From contig JAIETW010000001.1 of assembly GCA_019744845.1 (NCBI GenBank), positions 12,623-76,622 of the forward strand: a DNA stretch of 64,000 bases, given 5' to 3'. The notes under the pieces are model-generated. The model did not search any database. It was not told the DNA's origin and was given only the letters and a program-made list of their open reading frames with translations. Of this stretch, positions 1 to 9,523 are shown piece by piece. A program made the position numbers and the translations under genes. Position 1 is the first letter of the stretch; each line of letters starts with the position of its first letter. The DNA comes from Patescibacteria group bacterium (GTDB taxonomy: Bacteria > Patescibacteriota > Minisyncoccia > Phycocordibacterales > Phycocordibacteraceae).

Positions 1-1
1 A

Positions 2-1057
2 GACATCTGGTTTAAGACACAGCTCAAGAATGGAGGAGAGCTTGGTCTTGGCAATACGCATGAAGAGCCACTCACCGCGCTCATGACTGAGCACATCTCT
101 TCATACAAAGATTTGCCGAAGTACGTCTATCAGTTCCAGACTAAGTTTCGTAACGAGACTCGTGCAAAGTCCGGCATCATGCGCTCTCGCGAGTTCGTGA
201 TGAAGGATCTGTACTCCTTTAGTAAGAACGATGAGGAGTTCCGTACCTTCTATGAGAAGTGTGCAGAAGCATACCTTCGCATCTTTGCGCGCGTGGGCAT
301 TGGCGCCAAGACCTACCGCACCTTCGCGTCAGGAGGTTCCTTCTCAAAGTTCTCTGATGAGTTCCAGACCGTTTGTGACGCAGGAGAAGACATCATTTAC
401 ATACACGAAGGAAAGAAGCTTGCGGTGAACAAGGAGGTGTACACCGACGAGGTCTTGAAGGATCTTGATATGAAAAAGGAGGACATGGTGGAGGCAAAAG
501 CCATTGAAGTCGGAAACATTTTCCCACTTGGCACCAAGTACTCAGAGCCACTTGGCCTTACCTACACGGACGAAACTGGCAAGAAGGTTCCCGTGGTCAT
601 GGGTTCCTATGGCATTGGTCCTGGTCGCCTCATGGGTACCATTGTGGAACTTCTTTCTGATGAGAAGGGAATTGTATGGCCAGAAGCGGTCGCACCATTT
701 GCGTTCCATCTTCTTTCTCTTGGTTCTGATAACGAGCAAGTGGAGGCGCTTGCAGAGAAGGTATATGAGCGTCTTTGCTACATCACCTACGGCGAGAACG
801 TGAAGCTCTACATGGATAACGTCGCGCTCTATGACGATCGTAAGGTGCAGACAGGAGAGAAACGCAATGATGCAGATCTCATTGGTATCCCGTACCAGAT
901 CATTGTCGGAAAGAAATCAATTGAGAGCGGACTTATGGAAGTGGTGAAGCGTGCAACGGGAGAGACCTTCACGGTGGGATTGAATGATTTCTTTGAAGCA
1001 AAAGATTCCCGCATGTTCATGCTCTCCGCAATAGAATCCAACACGAACAATGGTTAA
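2..1057 (+). CDS. proS: prolyl-tRNA synthetase, C-terminal part (5' end lies outside the window)
   Basis: Open frame runs from base 2 with no upstream stop. Class II motif 'RSREFVMKDLYSF' and C-terminal anticodon-binding region typical of ProRS. Confidence 0.8.
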   Translation, partial: DIWFKTQLKNGGELGLGNTHEEPLTALMTEHISSYKDLPKYVYQFQTKFRNETRAKSGIMRSREFVMKDLYSFSKNDEEFRTFYEKCAEAYLRIFARVGIGAKTYRTFASGGSFSKFSDEFQTVCDAGEDIIYIHEGKKLAVNKEVYTDEVLKDLDMKKEDMVEAKAIEVGNIFPLGTKYSEPLGLTYTDETGKKVPVVMGSYGIGPGRLMGTIVELLSDEKGIVWPEAVAPFAFHLLSLGSDNEQVEALAEKVYERLCYITYGENVKLYMDNVALYDDRKVQTGEKRNDADLIGIPYQIIVGKKSIESGLMEVVKRATGETFTVGLNDFFEAKDSRMFMLSAIESNTNNG

Positions 1058-2105
1058 GAAACTTCCTAAGGCGTCCTTCTTCTCTACGGATATCGGGATT
1101 GATCTCGGTACGGCAAATACGCTCGTGTATGTGCGCGGTCGTGGCATTGTGATGTCAGAGCCATCCGTTGTGACGACCAATGAGAAGACGGGGCAGGTGG
1201 TCGCGATTGGAAAGGAGGCAAAGGTAATGCTCGGCAAGACACCACCACACGTGAAAGCAGTGCGCCCTCTTTCACACGGAGTGATCTCAGACTTTGAAGT
1301 GACCCAGGAACTTCTTGCGTACCTTATCCGTAAAGCACAAGGAGATCGTGCTCGTTTGTTTGGTCCTCGTGTGGTGGTGGGTGTGCCGACTGGAGTCACG
1401 AACGTAGAGAGTCGTGCCGTGCGTGATGCGGCGCTTTCTTCTGGTGCACGCGAAGTGTATATCGTTGAGGAGCCGATGGCAGGAGCAATTGGTGCCAAGC
1501 TCCCAGTCAATGAACCAGTTGGCACGATGGTGCTTGATATTGGTGGTGGCACGACTGATATTGCCGTGCTTTCTCTTGGCGGCACCGTCGCGTCAAAGAG
1601 TTCTCAAGTAGCCGGGGACCGTTTTAATGAAAACATTATTGATTACGTACGGAGTGAGTTCCAGCTTGCGATAGGGGAGCGCACGGCAGAGGAAACTAAG
1701 ATTGCTATTGGTGCCGTGCTTCCTCTTGATACGAAGCTTGTTAAAGCAGTACGTGGCCGTGATCTTGCAACTGGACTCCCACGAGAGATTCTTTTGACCG
1801 ATTCTCACATTCGCGAAGCGCTTGAGCCATCACTTGATACGCTCATGGAAGCTATGAAGGATGTCATTGAGCACACTCCACCTGAACTTCTTTCTGATGT
1901 GCTTCAGCGTGGAGTGACTGTCTTTGGTGGTGGGGCACTTCTTCGCGGTCTTCCAGAACTTCTTGCCAAGATGCTTGGTGTGCCGGTGCATGTCGCAGCC
2001 GATCCGCTTACCGCAGTGGTGCGCGGAACAGGTATAATCACTGAAGATCCACGTCCATGGGAAAGCGTATTCATGCATGAAGAAGCAATCATTTCGAAGG
2101 CATAG
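1050..2105 (+). CDS. mreB: rod shape-determining protein MreB (actin-like ATPase)
   Basis: 'DIGIDLGTANTLVYV', 'VLDIGGGTTDIAVLS' and 'VFGGGALLRGL' are canonical MreB/actin-fold phosphate and adenosine motifs. Confidence 0.9.
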   Translation: MVKKLPKASFFSTDIGIDLGTANTLVYVRGRGIVMSEPSVVTTNEKTGQVVAIGKEAKVMLGKTPPHVKAVRPLSHGVISDFEVTQELLAYLIRKAQGDRARLFGPRVVVGVPTGVTNVESRAVRDAALSSGAREVYIVEEPMAGAIGAKLPVNEPVGTMVLDIGGGTTDIAVLSLGGTVASKSSQVAGDRFNENIIDYVRSEFQLAIGERTAEETKIAIGAVLPLDTKLVKAVRGRDLATGLPREILLTDSHIREALEPSLDTLMEAMKDVIEHTPPELLSDVLQRGVTVFGGGALLRGLPELLAKMLGVPVHVAADPLTAVVRGTGIITEDPRPWESVFMHEEAIISKA

Positions 2106-2865
2106 CGCCGTTTCATTACTCTCGCCGACGGTCCGTACCGCAGGTGTAATTGTGCTTGTCGTTATTCTTCTCCTTGCGATCATTCGTTTTGTATTCCCAG
2201 GTTCACTCATGGCACTCGCCACACCGTTCTGGAATCTAAGCTCCACACTGACTGGGGGAGTTGGAGGCATCATGGATTCTTTCGGGAATACACGCATGCT
2301 TACCGAAGACCATGATCGGTTGCTTGAAGAGAATATTGCGTTGTCTGCAGAGGTGGCGGAACTTGAGGCACGACTCGCCGATGTAGAAGGACTTGTAGAT
2401 ACCCCTGAAGGCATTCTTGCGGGCGTACTCGCACGTCCACCGATTGCGCCGTATGACGTGCTTATTCTTGGTGCGGGAACTGAGGCAGGTATTCGTGAGG
2501 GACATCTCGTGTATGGAAATGGCGGCGTGCCGATTGGAGTGATTCGGAGCTTAAGCGAAGGGAATGCACGCGCCGCACTTTTTTCTGAAGCAGGACGTGA
2601 GACACCTGGATGGGTTGGAGCAGACCGCATTCCGGTTTCAGTCTCTGGCACTGGTGCGGGTACCTTCCGTATGACCGTCGCGAAAGATTCAGGAATCTTG
2701 GTCGGAGATGTTGTGTATCTTCCAGGACCAGGTGCGCTTCCGATTGGCTTTGTATCTCGCGTAGAGACTGATCCATCTTCTCCAGACGCACGAGTGCACG
2801 TATTCCCGTACACAAACCCATTCACGCTTTCAGTTGTACGTGTGGGCCCTCATCTGCTTCCATGA
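2077..2865 (+). CDS. mreC: rod shape-determining protein MreC
   Basis: N-terminal TM segment, coiled-coil segment 'EENIALSAEVAELEARLADVEG', beta-rich C-terminus. Sits directly downstream of mreB. True start may be an internal Met. Confidence 0.7.
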   Translation: MKKQSFRRHSAVSLLSPTVRTAGVIVLVVILLLAIIRFVFPGSLMALATPFWNLSSTLTGGVGGIMDSFGNTRMLTEDHDRLLEENIALSAEVAELEARLADVEGLVDTPEGILAGVLARPPIAPYDVLILGAGTEAGIREGHLVYGNGGVPIGVIRSLSEGNARAALFSEAGRETPGWVGADRIPVSVSGTGAGTFRMTVAKDSGILVGDVVYLPGPGALPIGFVSRVETDPSSPDARVHVFPYTNPFTLSVVRVGPHLLP

Positions 2866-3110
2866 CCCGCGTCCTTTTCTTTATTGCCGCACTCTCTGCT
2901 CCTTTGTTTTTTCCTGCATCTATTGCCATCATTCTTGCTGCACTCGCATCCTTCTTCATTCCACTCGCTGCTCTTTCGGTGGGGATTTGGTACGACCTTC
3001 TCTATCTGCCGGGAGGGCACTTTCCGTACGGGCTTATGTGGGGCGCGATTGGAAGTCTTGTCGCCCTTGGCGTGCGGAGATTCGTTGAAACACGTATCAT
3101 AGGAGGATGA
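2862..3110 (+). CDS. small polytopic membrane protein, MreD-like by position
   Basis: 82 aa, two or three hydrophobic helices. Occupies the slot between mreC and PBP2 with overlapping stop/start codons. Confidence 0.4.
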   Translation: MTRVLFFIAALSAPLFFPASIAIILAALASFFIPLAALSVGIWYDLLYLPGGHFPYGLMWGAIGSLVALGVRRFVETRIIGG

Positions 3111-4780
3111 GGGGCAAACGACGCAAAGATAAGGAACTCAATCCTGACGAAATCTTTCTTGATTCGTCTAATATTCCTGATTTTGATACGACGCGTCTTG
3201 AAGGACGCCTTGAGAAGCCTATAAGCGAGCGCACGTTTCTTGGAATGCTTGCCGTGATTGTGTTCATTCTTCTTGCATACACGGTGCAGGCAGCGAACCT
3301 GGAGATTCTTCAGGGAGAGAAGTATGCACAGCAGAGCGAGAACAACCGTCTTCGTCCTGAAATTTTGTTTGCGAAGCGTGGTGCCATTCTTGATCGGAAT
3401 GGGGAAGTACTCGTAGAGAACACACCAAGCGATAAAGGATTCATTAGTCGCTCGTATCGTTCTCCCGGTTTTGGACACTTGCTTGGGTACGTGTCGTATC
3501 CAAAGAAGGATTCTTCAGGCAATTACTACGACACGGAAGTGAAGGGGCTTGCGGGTGCCGAGATGGCGTTTGAGGATCAGCTTGCGGGAGAGAATGGTCT
3601 CTATCTCATTGAAGAAGACGCGCTTGGCGAGATTAAATCGCAGGGCAGTGTGAAGGCGCCTCTCGATGGTACGTCCGTCACGCTTTCTATTGATGCGCGT
3701 GCGCAGGAGGCAATGTATTCCTCTATTGCAGAGCTTGCCGATCGTATTCCGTATAAGGGAGGTGCGGGTGCCATCATGAATGTAGAGACGGGGGAGTTGA
3801 TTGCACTCGTGTCGTACCCTGAATACGATCCAAACATTCTTTCCGCAGGTACTCCCGCAGATGTCATTGAGTCGTACTTCACGAACTCACGCGAACCTTC
3901 ACTTGATCGCGCGGTCGCAGGGCTCTACACTCCCGGCTCTATCGTGAAGCCAATGATTGCCGCAGGCGCCTACAACGACAACATTATTTCTGAGGATAAA
4001 ATTATTGTCTCTACTGGATCTATTTCTATTCCTAACATCTACGACCCAAGCAACCCGACGATTTTCCGTGACTGGAAGGCACTTGGACCCATGAATATCC
4101 GAAGTGCGATTGCGTACTCCTCTGACGTGTACTTCTATTCCATTGGGGGAGGGTTCGGGGATCAAAAGGGGCTTGGTATTGATCGGTTGGCGCATTGGTA
4201 CCACGCGTTTGGATTTGGGAAGCCAACCAACATTGAACTTGCGGGCGAAGGCACGGGATTCATTCCTTCACAAAAATGGAAAGAAGAGACGTACGATGAG
4301 CCATGGCGGATTGGAAACACCTATCATACTTCCATCGGACAGTACGCAGTGCAGGTCACCTTGCTTGAAGCGCTTCGGGCGACTGCTGCAGTGGCAAATG
4401 GTGGCAAGCTTATGAACACGACTATTGTGAAGGATAAGCCTGTGATTGGAGAAACGATTGCGATTTCACAAGAGTCACTCCGTATTGCGCGCGAGGGAAT
4501 GCGTATGGGAGTGACCGAAGGTACCTCGGTCGGGTTGAATGATCTGTCCTTCCTTCGGGCGGCAAGTAAGACTGGTACGGCACAGCTCGGTGCAAATAAT
4601 GAGTGGTACAACACGTGGGCGGTAGGATATTGGCCGTACGATAAGCCGAAGTATGCGTATGCGGTGGTGATGGAGCGGGCGCCTGCAGGCACCGCAATTG
4701 GAGGTATTTATGTGATGCACCAAACGTTCAGCAAGATGCATCAGTCCGCACCAGAATATTTTGAGTACGACACGCTCTAA
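3107..4780 (+). CDS. mrdA: penicillin-binding protein 2 (class B transpeptidase, elongasome)
   Basis: N-terminal TM anchor, SxxK 'GSIVKP', 'SSD' and 'KTGTA' transpeptidase boxes. Follows mreBCD. Confidence 0.85.
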   Translation: MRGKRRKDKELNPDEIFLDSSNIPDFDTTRLEGRLEKPISERTFLGMLAVIVFILLAYTVQAANLEILQGEKYAQQSENNRLRPEILFAKRGAILDRNGEVLVENTPSDKGFISRSYRSPGFGHLLGYVSYPKKDSSGNYYDTEVKGLAGAEMAFEDQLAGENGLYLIEEDALGEIKSQGSVKAPLDGTSVTLSIDARAQEAMYSSIAELADRIPYKGGAGAIMNVETGELIALVSYPEYDPNILSAGTPADVIESYFTNSREPSLDRAVAGLYTPGSIVKPMIAAGAYNDNIISEDKIIVSTGSISIPNIYDPSNPTIFRDWKALGPMNIRSAIAYSSDVYFYSIGGGFGDQKGLGIDRLAHWYHAFGFGKPTNIELAGEGTGFIPSQKWKEETYDEPWRIGNTYHTSIGQYAVQVTLLEALRATAAVANGGKLMNTTIVKDKPVIGETIAISQESLRIAREGMRMGVTEGTSVGLNDLSFLRAASKTGTAQLGANNEWYNTWAVGYWPYDKPKYAYAVVMERAPAGTAIGGIYVMHQTFSKMHQSAPEYFEYDTL

Positions 4781-4839
4781 GCAGTGCATTTGACGGGTTT
4801 CTGACTTCCCGTACAATACGGCAACAATAACGCATATCT

Positions 4840-5310
4840 ATGATTGAACAGGACACGGTAGTTAGCCAAGAAAAGTTTGACGAAATGGTCGCCGAACTTG
4901 AGAACCTCAAGACCGTGCGCCGCACTGAGATTGCAAAGAACCTAGAGTACGCTCGTTCTCTTGGAGATCTCTCAGAAAACGCGGAATATCAGGAAGCACG
5001 AGAGCTGCAGGCAGCAACGGAAGAGCGTATTCGTCGTCTTGAAGATTTGATCAAGCGCGCAAAGATCGTCACTGACGGAAAGAAGAAGGATGTCGTGGGC
5101 TTTGGTTCAGTGGTGACGATTCTTAAGGAGGGAAGCAAAGAAGCACATGAGTACACCATCGTTGGAAGCGAGGAAGCAGACATGCGTGTCCGCAAGCTTT
5201 CCCACGTGTCTCCACTTGGCAGCGCACTCATGGGCAAGAAGAAGGGAGATGTCTTTACCTTTGAAACACCAAACGGTAAGCAAACCTACACTGTTCAGAA
5301 GGTAGCGTAG
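4840..5310 (+). CDS. greA: transcription elongation factor GreA
   Basis: N-terminal coiled coil with 'LGDLSENAEYQEARE', FKBP-like C-terminal domain, 156 aa. Confidence 0.9.
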   Translation: MIEQDTVVSQEKFDEMVAELENLKTVRRTEIAKNLEYARSLGDLSENAEYQEARELQAATEERIRRLEDLIKRAKIVTDGKKKDVVGFGSVVTILKEGSKEAHEYTIVGSEEADMRVRKLSHVSPLGSALMGKKKGDVFTFETPNGKQTYTVQKVA

Positions 5311-5333
5311 TCCTCTAAGATTTTCAGTTTGCA

Positions 5334-6095
5334 ATGACACCTGAGAATAATATTCCCGAAGATATAAAAGAAAGTGCGCGAGCGCTCAGCGAAAGGCTGA
5401 GGAGCGGCGATCCCACCATTCGTTCAATCACGCAGCCAGCAGGAGATGATGAAGCGCGCATTGTGGGCAAGCGGCCCCATACGCAACTTGTTATTGCTCG
5501 TTGGTTAAAGGGCATCATGAATGTGTCCGATATTTTCCGCGATGAACGAGGAATGCACTGGTCATCCTATATGCCCTTGGAGCAAATTGCCGAACCGACA
5601 GGATGGGCGGAGCAGGGTGCAGACAATCTTGTATTGAGGTATGTATTCGGCGATCATGACCACAATGGGTCAGGGAATAACCAGGTTCAGAATAGAAAGG
5701 GACAGCGAGCAGTATTTGATTTTGAAGGTGCCTACGGCGGATTTGCTGCTCCATACTACAAGCCGCTACTACTCAAGGAACTAATGGAGGACTTACAGAG
5801 CTATCAGCAGAATCGGCACACAGTACTTCTTGCCTTTAAGAAGAAACTTGAGCTCCTTCGGGATAGGTTTGCGGGCGCAGAAGGAAGAGCTTTTTTCAAA
5901 GATGTTATAGCGTCCTCTGGTAAAGATATTAGGGAACTATTTCGACCGCCTCTCTTGCGACACATGGACGCCGATACGCCTGACAACATAATCTTTGAAT
6001 ATACGAAAAATCCCGAATCCTATCTCTACGAGCAGCTTACTGCGCGCATAGATCAGCTTCTTGCTGCTACGGACTTGTGTTTGCAGGCTCCATAA
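5334..6095 (+). CDS. hypothetical protein (253 aa, soluble)
   Basis: Clean ORF in a tight gap between greA and lysK. No motif I can recognise. Confidence 0.5.
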   Translation: MTPENNIPEDIKESARALSERLRSGDPTIRSITQPAGDDEARIVGKRPHTQLVIARWLKGIMNVSDIFRDERGMHWSSYMPLEQIAEPTGWAEQGADNLVLRYVFGDHDHNGSGNNQVQNRKGQRAVFDFEGAYGGFAAPYYKPLLLKELMEDLQSYQQNRHTVLLAFKKKLELLRDRFAGAEGRAFFKDVIASSGKDIRELFRPPLLRHMDADTPDNIIFEYTKNPESYLYEQLTARIDQLLAATDLCLQAP

Positions 6096-6118
6096 ACGGA
6101 CCATGGTAGGATAGCTCC

Positions 6119-7690
6119 ATGTTTTGGGCAGACCGCATAGGAAAGGAAATACAAGATACGAGGAAGCCGCGTGACGGCAAGGTCTTCGTCATACGTGATG
6201 AAAAAACACTTTCCGGACGTGTCCACATTGGCTCTATGCGCGGTGTTGCGATTCACGGCGCCATAGCCGAAGTACTCAATGAGTACGGAATACCAAACAA
6301 GTTTTTGTTTGAGCTCAATGACTTTGACCCGTTTGATACGGTACCGGGATACTTAGATCAGGAAAAGTTTAAAGAACATCTCGGGAAGCCACTCTACCGA
6401 GTACCATCACCAGAGCCAGGGTTTGAAAACTACGCAGAGTATTATGGCGCAGAGTTTGCGGCTGTACACGCAAAGGGAGGATTTTTCCCCGAGTACTATC
6501 GCACTTACAAAGATTTGTATGCGGCAGGGAAGATGGATGCGCTCATTAAGACTGCACTTGAACGCGCCGCAGATATTCGCCGCATATTGAAAGAAGTGTC
6601 AGGCTCACATAAAGATGAGTCCTGGCTCCCGGTGTCAGTGGTATGTGAGAAGTGCGAGAAGATGATGACCACTCGTGCACACGACTACGATGGTGAGACG
6701 GTTGGCTACACGTGCGATCGTTCACCAGACGACACCGTGCCCTGTGGGAACACTGGACGCGTGCGCCCCGAAGGTGCTGCCATGAAGTTGTTCTGGAAAG
6801 CAGACTGGGCGGCGAAGTGGGTAGCGATGGGCGTTGATATTGAAGGCGCTGGAAAAGATCACTCCACCAAGGGTGGCTCTCGCGATGTGTCTAAACACAT
6901 TGCGAAAGAAGTATTTGGATACGAAGAACCATTTGATATTCCATACGAATTCTTCTTGGTAGGTGGAAAGAAAATGTCTTCGTCTAAGGGGAGAGGTTCT
7001 TCTGCACAAGAAATGTCTGAACTCTTTCCGACTGACACATTCCGCCTCACTCTGCTTGGTAAAGAGCCGATGCAGCAGATTGATGTGGATCCGTCGGGGG
7101 ACTCGGTACCACGTGTGTATGACTGGCATGATGAGATTGCAGAGAAGGTACGTGAGGGAGTCGCGGATGACTTCACGCGTCTCCACGCCTTCTGTCAGCT
7201 GCCCAAAGACCGTGCAGAAGGACGCGCGCCATGGCAGCTCCGTTTTGGTCAGGTCGCCTTCATGGTGCAGATGCCGCATCTCTCACTTGAAGATGAAGCG
7301 GCAAGTGTGAAAGGTTCACCACTAACTGAAGAAGAGAAGGCAGCGCTTAAGGAGCGTGCAGAATATGCACGATTCTGGCTTGCGACGTATGCACCTGAGG
7401 AATACAAATACGAACTTCAGAAGACTATGCCAGATATCGCACTTTCTGACGTACAAAAGCACGCACTCTCACTCCTCAAGGACTTCCTGACTGAGCACGC
7501 ACGCACGGGGGAAGAGCTTCATCATCGTCTTCACGACCTCAAGACTGAGGCTTCTATTGCGCCTAAAGAGTTGTTTAGTGCTATCTACGGGCTCTTTTTG
7601 AACCGTACCTCAGGACCGAAGGCAGGATGGTTCCTGTCGGTGTTACCGCGAGATATGGTCCTCGCGCGTCTTGAAGAGGCAGTGAAATAA
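6119..7690 (+). CDS. lysK: lysyl-tRNA synthetase, class I (archaeal type)
   Basis: HIGH-like 'VHIGSMRG', KMSKS-like 'KMSSSKG', 'GAGKDH', and an internal Cys cluster (CEKCEK...C..C) typical of class I LysRS. Confidence 0.85.
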   Translation: MFWADRIGKEIQDTRKPRDGKVFVIRDEKTLSGRVHIGSMRGVAIHGAIAEVLNEYGIPNKFLFELNDFDPFDTVPGYLDQEKFKEHLGKPLYRVPSPEPGFENYAEYYGAEFAAVHAKGGFFPEYYRTYKDLYAAGKMDALIKTALERAADIRRILKEVSGSHKDESWLPVSVVCEKCEKMMTTRAHDYDGETVGYTCDRSPDDTVPCGNTGRVRPEGAAMKLFWKADWAAKWVAMGVDIEGAGKDHSTKGGSRDVSKHIAKEVFGYEEPFDIPYEFFLVGGKKMSSSKGRGSSAQEMSELFPTDTFRLTLLGKEPMQQIDVDPSGDSVPRVYDWHDEIAEKVREGVADDFTRLHAFCQLPKDRAEGRAPWQLRFGQVAFMVQMPHLSLEDEAASVKGSPLTEEEKAALKERAEYARFWLATYAPEEYKYELQKTMPDIALSDVQKHALSLLKDFLTEHARTGEELHHRLHDLKTEASIAPKELFSAIYGLFLNRTSGPKAGWFLSVLPRDMVLARLEEAVK

Positions 7691-7707
7691 GAGCGAGAAC
7701 AGAGATG

Positions 7708-7735
7708 AAAACGGCCGGTACTTCCGGTCGTTTTT
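7708..7735 (+). terminator. rho-independent terminator after lysK
   Basis: acggccgg-tactt-ccggtcgt hairpin followed by TTTTT, starting 18 nt after the stop. Confidence 0.7.
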
Positions 7736-7754
7736 CGTGTGGATAACCCTACGT

Positions 7755-7804
7755 CTAGTGGGATGAAGTGTCATATACTTACCTACTAGTGGGATGAAGT
7801 GGGA
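7755..7804 (+). promoter_or_regulatory. direct-repeat array (2 x 16 bp 'ctagtgggatgaagtg'; three TGGGA boxes), putative MraZ operator
   Basis: TGGGA at 7759, 7790 and 7800. The last two are 10 bp apart. Array lies 50-95 bp upstream of the mraZ ATG at 7853. Confidence 0.45.
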
Positions 7805-7852
7805 TTTATGAAAAAATCCTGATTCCACCTGATCCTTCCGCCATCTTTCATT

Positions 7853-8287
7853 ATGTTCATCGGAGAATATCGCCACACATTTGATACCAAGAACCGGATC
7901 TCTCTCCCGGCGAAATTTCGTAAAGAACTTGGACGCTCGGTGATTGTCACTCGTGGTCTTGATCACTGTCTTTTTGTATATCCAAAAAATACTTGGAAGG
8001 ATGAAGCGGCAAAGATCGCACGACACTCAACCGGAGGAAGTGCAGGACGTGGTCTTGCACGTCTCATGCTCGCCGGTGCCTCAGAAGCAGAAGTAGATAC
8101 TGCAGGTCGCATTCTTGTTCCTGATTATCTTCGCTCCTTCGCGACGCTTGCAGAGAAGAGTGTCATTGCCGGTGTGAATGATCGCGTTGAAATCTGGGAT
8201 GAGAAGGCATGGAAGAAATACACCGCAAGCATTGAGCGTGACGCAGACGCGTTCGCCGAGAAGCTTGGCGACGCAGGATCCCTCTAA
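7853..8287 (+). CDS. mraZ: transcriptional regulator MraZ
   Basis: 'DTKNRISLPAKFR' and the duplicated MraZ (SpoVT/AbrB-like) fold, 144 aa. First gene of the dcw block. Confidence 0.9.
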   Translation: MFIGEYRHTFDTKNRISLPAKFRKELGRSVIVTRGLDHCLFVYPKNTWKDEAAKIARHSTGGSAGRGLARLMLAGASEAEVDTAGRILVPDYLRSFATLAEKSVIAGVNDRVEIWDEKAWKKYTASIERDADAFAEKLGDAGSL

Positions 8288-9243
8288 TGCGTATGACCAC
8301 TACTCTCACTCCTATGGCTTCTTTCTCCTCTAGTACCACCGGCGCACACGAGACTGTGCTTCTCAGTGAAGCAATTGCAGGTCTTACGATACAACCAAAC
8401 GATATCGTCGTTGATGCGACCATTGGTGGGGCAGGGCACTTCAAGAAGATTCTTGGAGAGCTTGATGCACGTGGCACACTTGTGGGTATTGATGCAGATG
8501 TGGGTGCGATTGAGCGCGCACAGGCAACGAGCATGGAGGCCGAGGCAACGGTGCACCTTGTAGAAGAGAACTTCCGTAATCTTGGTCCTGTGCTTAATCA
8601 GCTTTCTATAGAGTGCATTGATAAATCTCTTTTTGATCTTGGATGGAGCGGATTCCATTTGACGAGCGGTCGTGGATTTTCATTCCGTGCACACGAGCCA
8701 CTTCACATGACCTACGGCACCCCAAAGGCAGGGAACACTGCTGCGGATCTTTTGAATAAAGCGTCAGAGGAAGCGATTGCCGACATGCTCTACTCACTCG
8801 GTGAAGAGCGCTTTGCACGCCAGATTGCACGCGGTGTCGTGGTCGCTCGTGAAGTGAAAGATATTGAGACCACGGATGATCTTGTGGAGATTGTGCTTGC
8901 CTCTACTCCACGCTGGTACCAAAGTCGTCGCATCCATCCTGCCACCAAGACCTTCCAGGCACTTCGCATCGCGGTGAATGATGAACTTGGTGCACTTCGT
9001 GATGGACTTACGACTGCGATTGAACGCACCAAGGTGGGTGGACGCATTGCCGTCATTACCTTCCATAGCATTGAGGATCGCATCGTAAAGCAGATGTTCC
9101 GCGATGCGGCACATGAGGGGAAGGGAGTACTGGTCACAAAAAAGCCAATCGTTCCATCTCCTGCAGAACTTTCTCAGAACCCTCGTGCACGTAGCGCCAA
9201 GCTCCGCATTTTTGAGCGAAGCTCCCAACACGCCTATGTATAG
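8287..9243 (+). CDS. rsmH: 16S rRNA (cytosine1402-N4)-methyltransferase RsmH/MraW
   Basis: SAM-binding 'DATIGGAGH' near the N-terminus. Canonical position after mraZ. Confidence 0.9.
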   Translation: MRMTTTLTPMASFSSSTTGAHETVLLSEAIAGLTIQPNDIVVDATIGGAGHFKKILGELDARGTLVGIDADVGAIERAQATSMEAEATVHLVEENFRNLGPVLNQLSIECIDKSLFDLGWSGFHLTSGRGFSFRAHEPLHMTYGTPKAGNTAADLLNKASEEAIADMLYSLGEERFARQIARGVVVAREVKDIETTDDLVEIVLASTPRWYQSRRIHPATKTFQALRIAVNDELGALRDGLTTAIERTKVGGRIAVITFHSIEDRIVKQMFRDAAHEGKGVLVTKKPIVPSPAELSQNPRARSAKLRIFERSSQHAYV

Positions 9244-9520
9244 CCGCGCCATCCCCGTCCTTGGGTGCTCCTGCCTTGTCGCAATTGCGCTGTACCTTCT
9301 TGGTGTGGCTGCAACAGTTTTCTTTGCCACCTGGCAGACTGGCCTTGCTCGTTCCATTCAGGAAATGGAGGGATCGGTCATTAGCCTTGAGACTGAATAC
9401 TATGAGGCAGTAGAACGCTACTCTTCCGTAGATCCAGTCGCCCTTGGCTTCACGAGCCCACGCTCAGTGGAGTACGTCACCAGTACTGGCGTTTCTTCGC
9501 TCTCACGAGCGGATCAGTAG
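9236..9520 (+). CDS. FtsL-like cell-division protein (single TM plus short coiled coil)
   Basis: In-frame ATG at 9236 overlaps the rsmH stop. Gives about 94 aa with a TM helix ('VLGCSCLVAIALYLLGVAATVFF'). Sits between rsmH and ftsI. The longer track ORF starting at 9104 overlaps rsmH and is unlikely. Confidence 0.45.
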   Translation: MYSRAIPVLGCSCLVAIALYLLGVAATVFFATWQTGLARSIQEMEGSVISLETEYYEAVERYSSVDPVALGFTSPRSVEYVTSTGVSSLSRADQ

Positions 9521-9523
9521 CCT

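Noticed and set aside
917-1585. 222-aa ORF on the minus strand across the proS/mreB junction
   Set aside because: Antisense to two strongly supported genes. Pro/Ser/Thr/Arg-rich low-complexity translation typical of an antisense frame.
1830-2825. 331-aa minus-strand ORF antisense to mreB/mreC
   Set aside because: Fully overlapped by high-confidence mreB and mreC. Composition biased; no motifs.
9104-9235. N-terminal 44-aa extension of the ftsL-like ORF as called by the ORF track
   Set aside because: Overlaps the 3' end of rsmH in another frame. The in-frame ATG at 9236, at the rsmH stop, gives a typical FtsL-size product.
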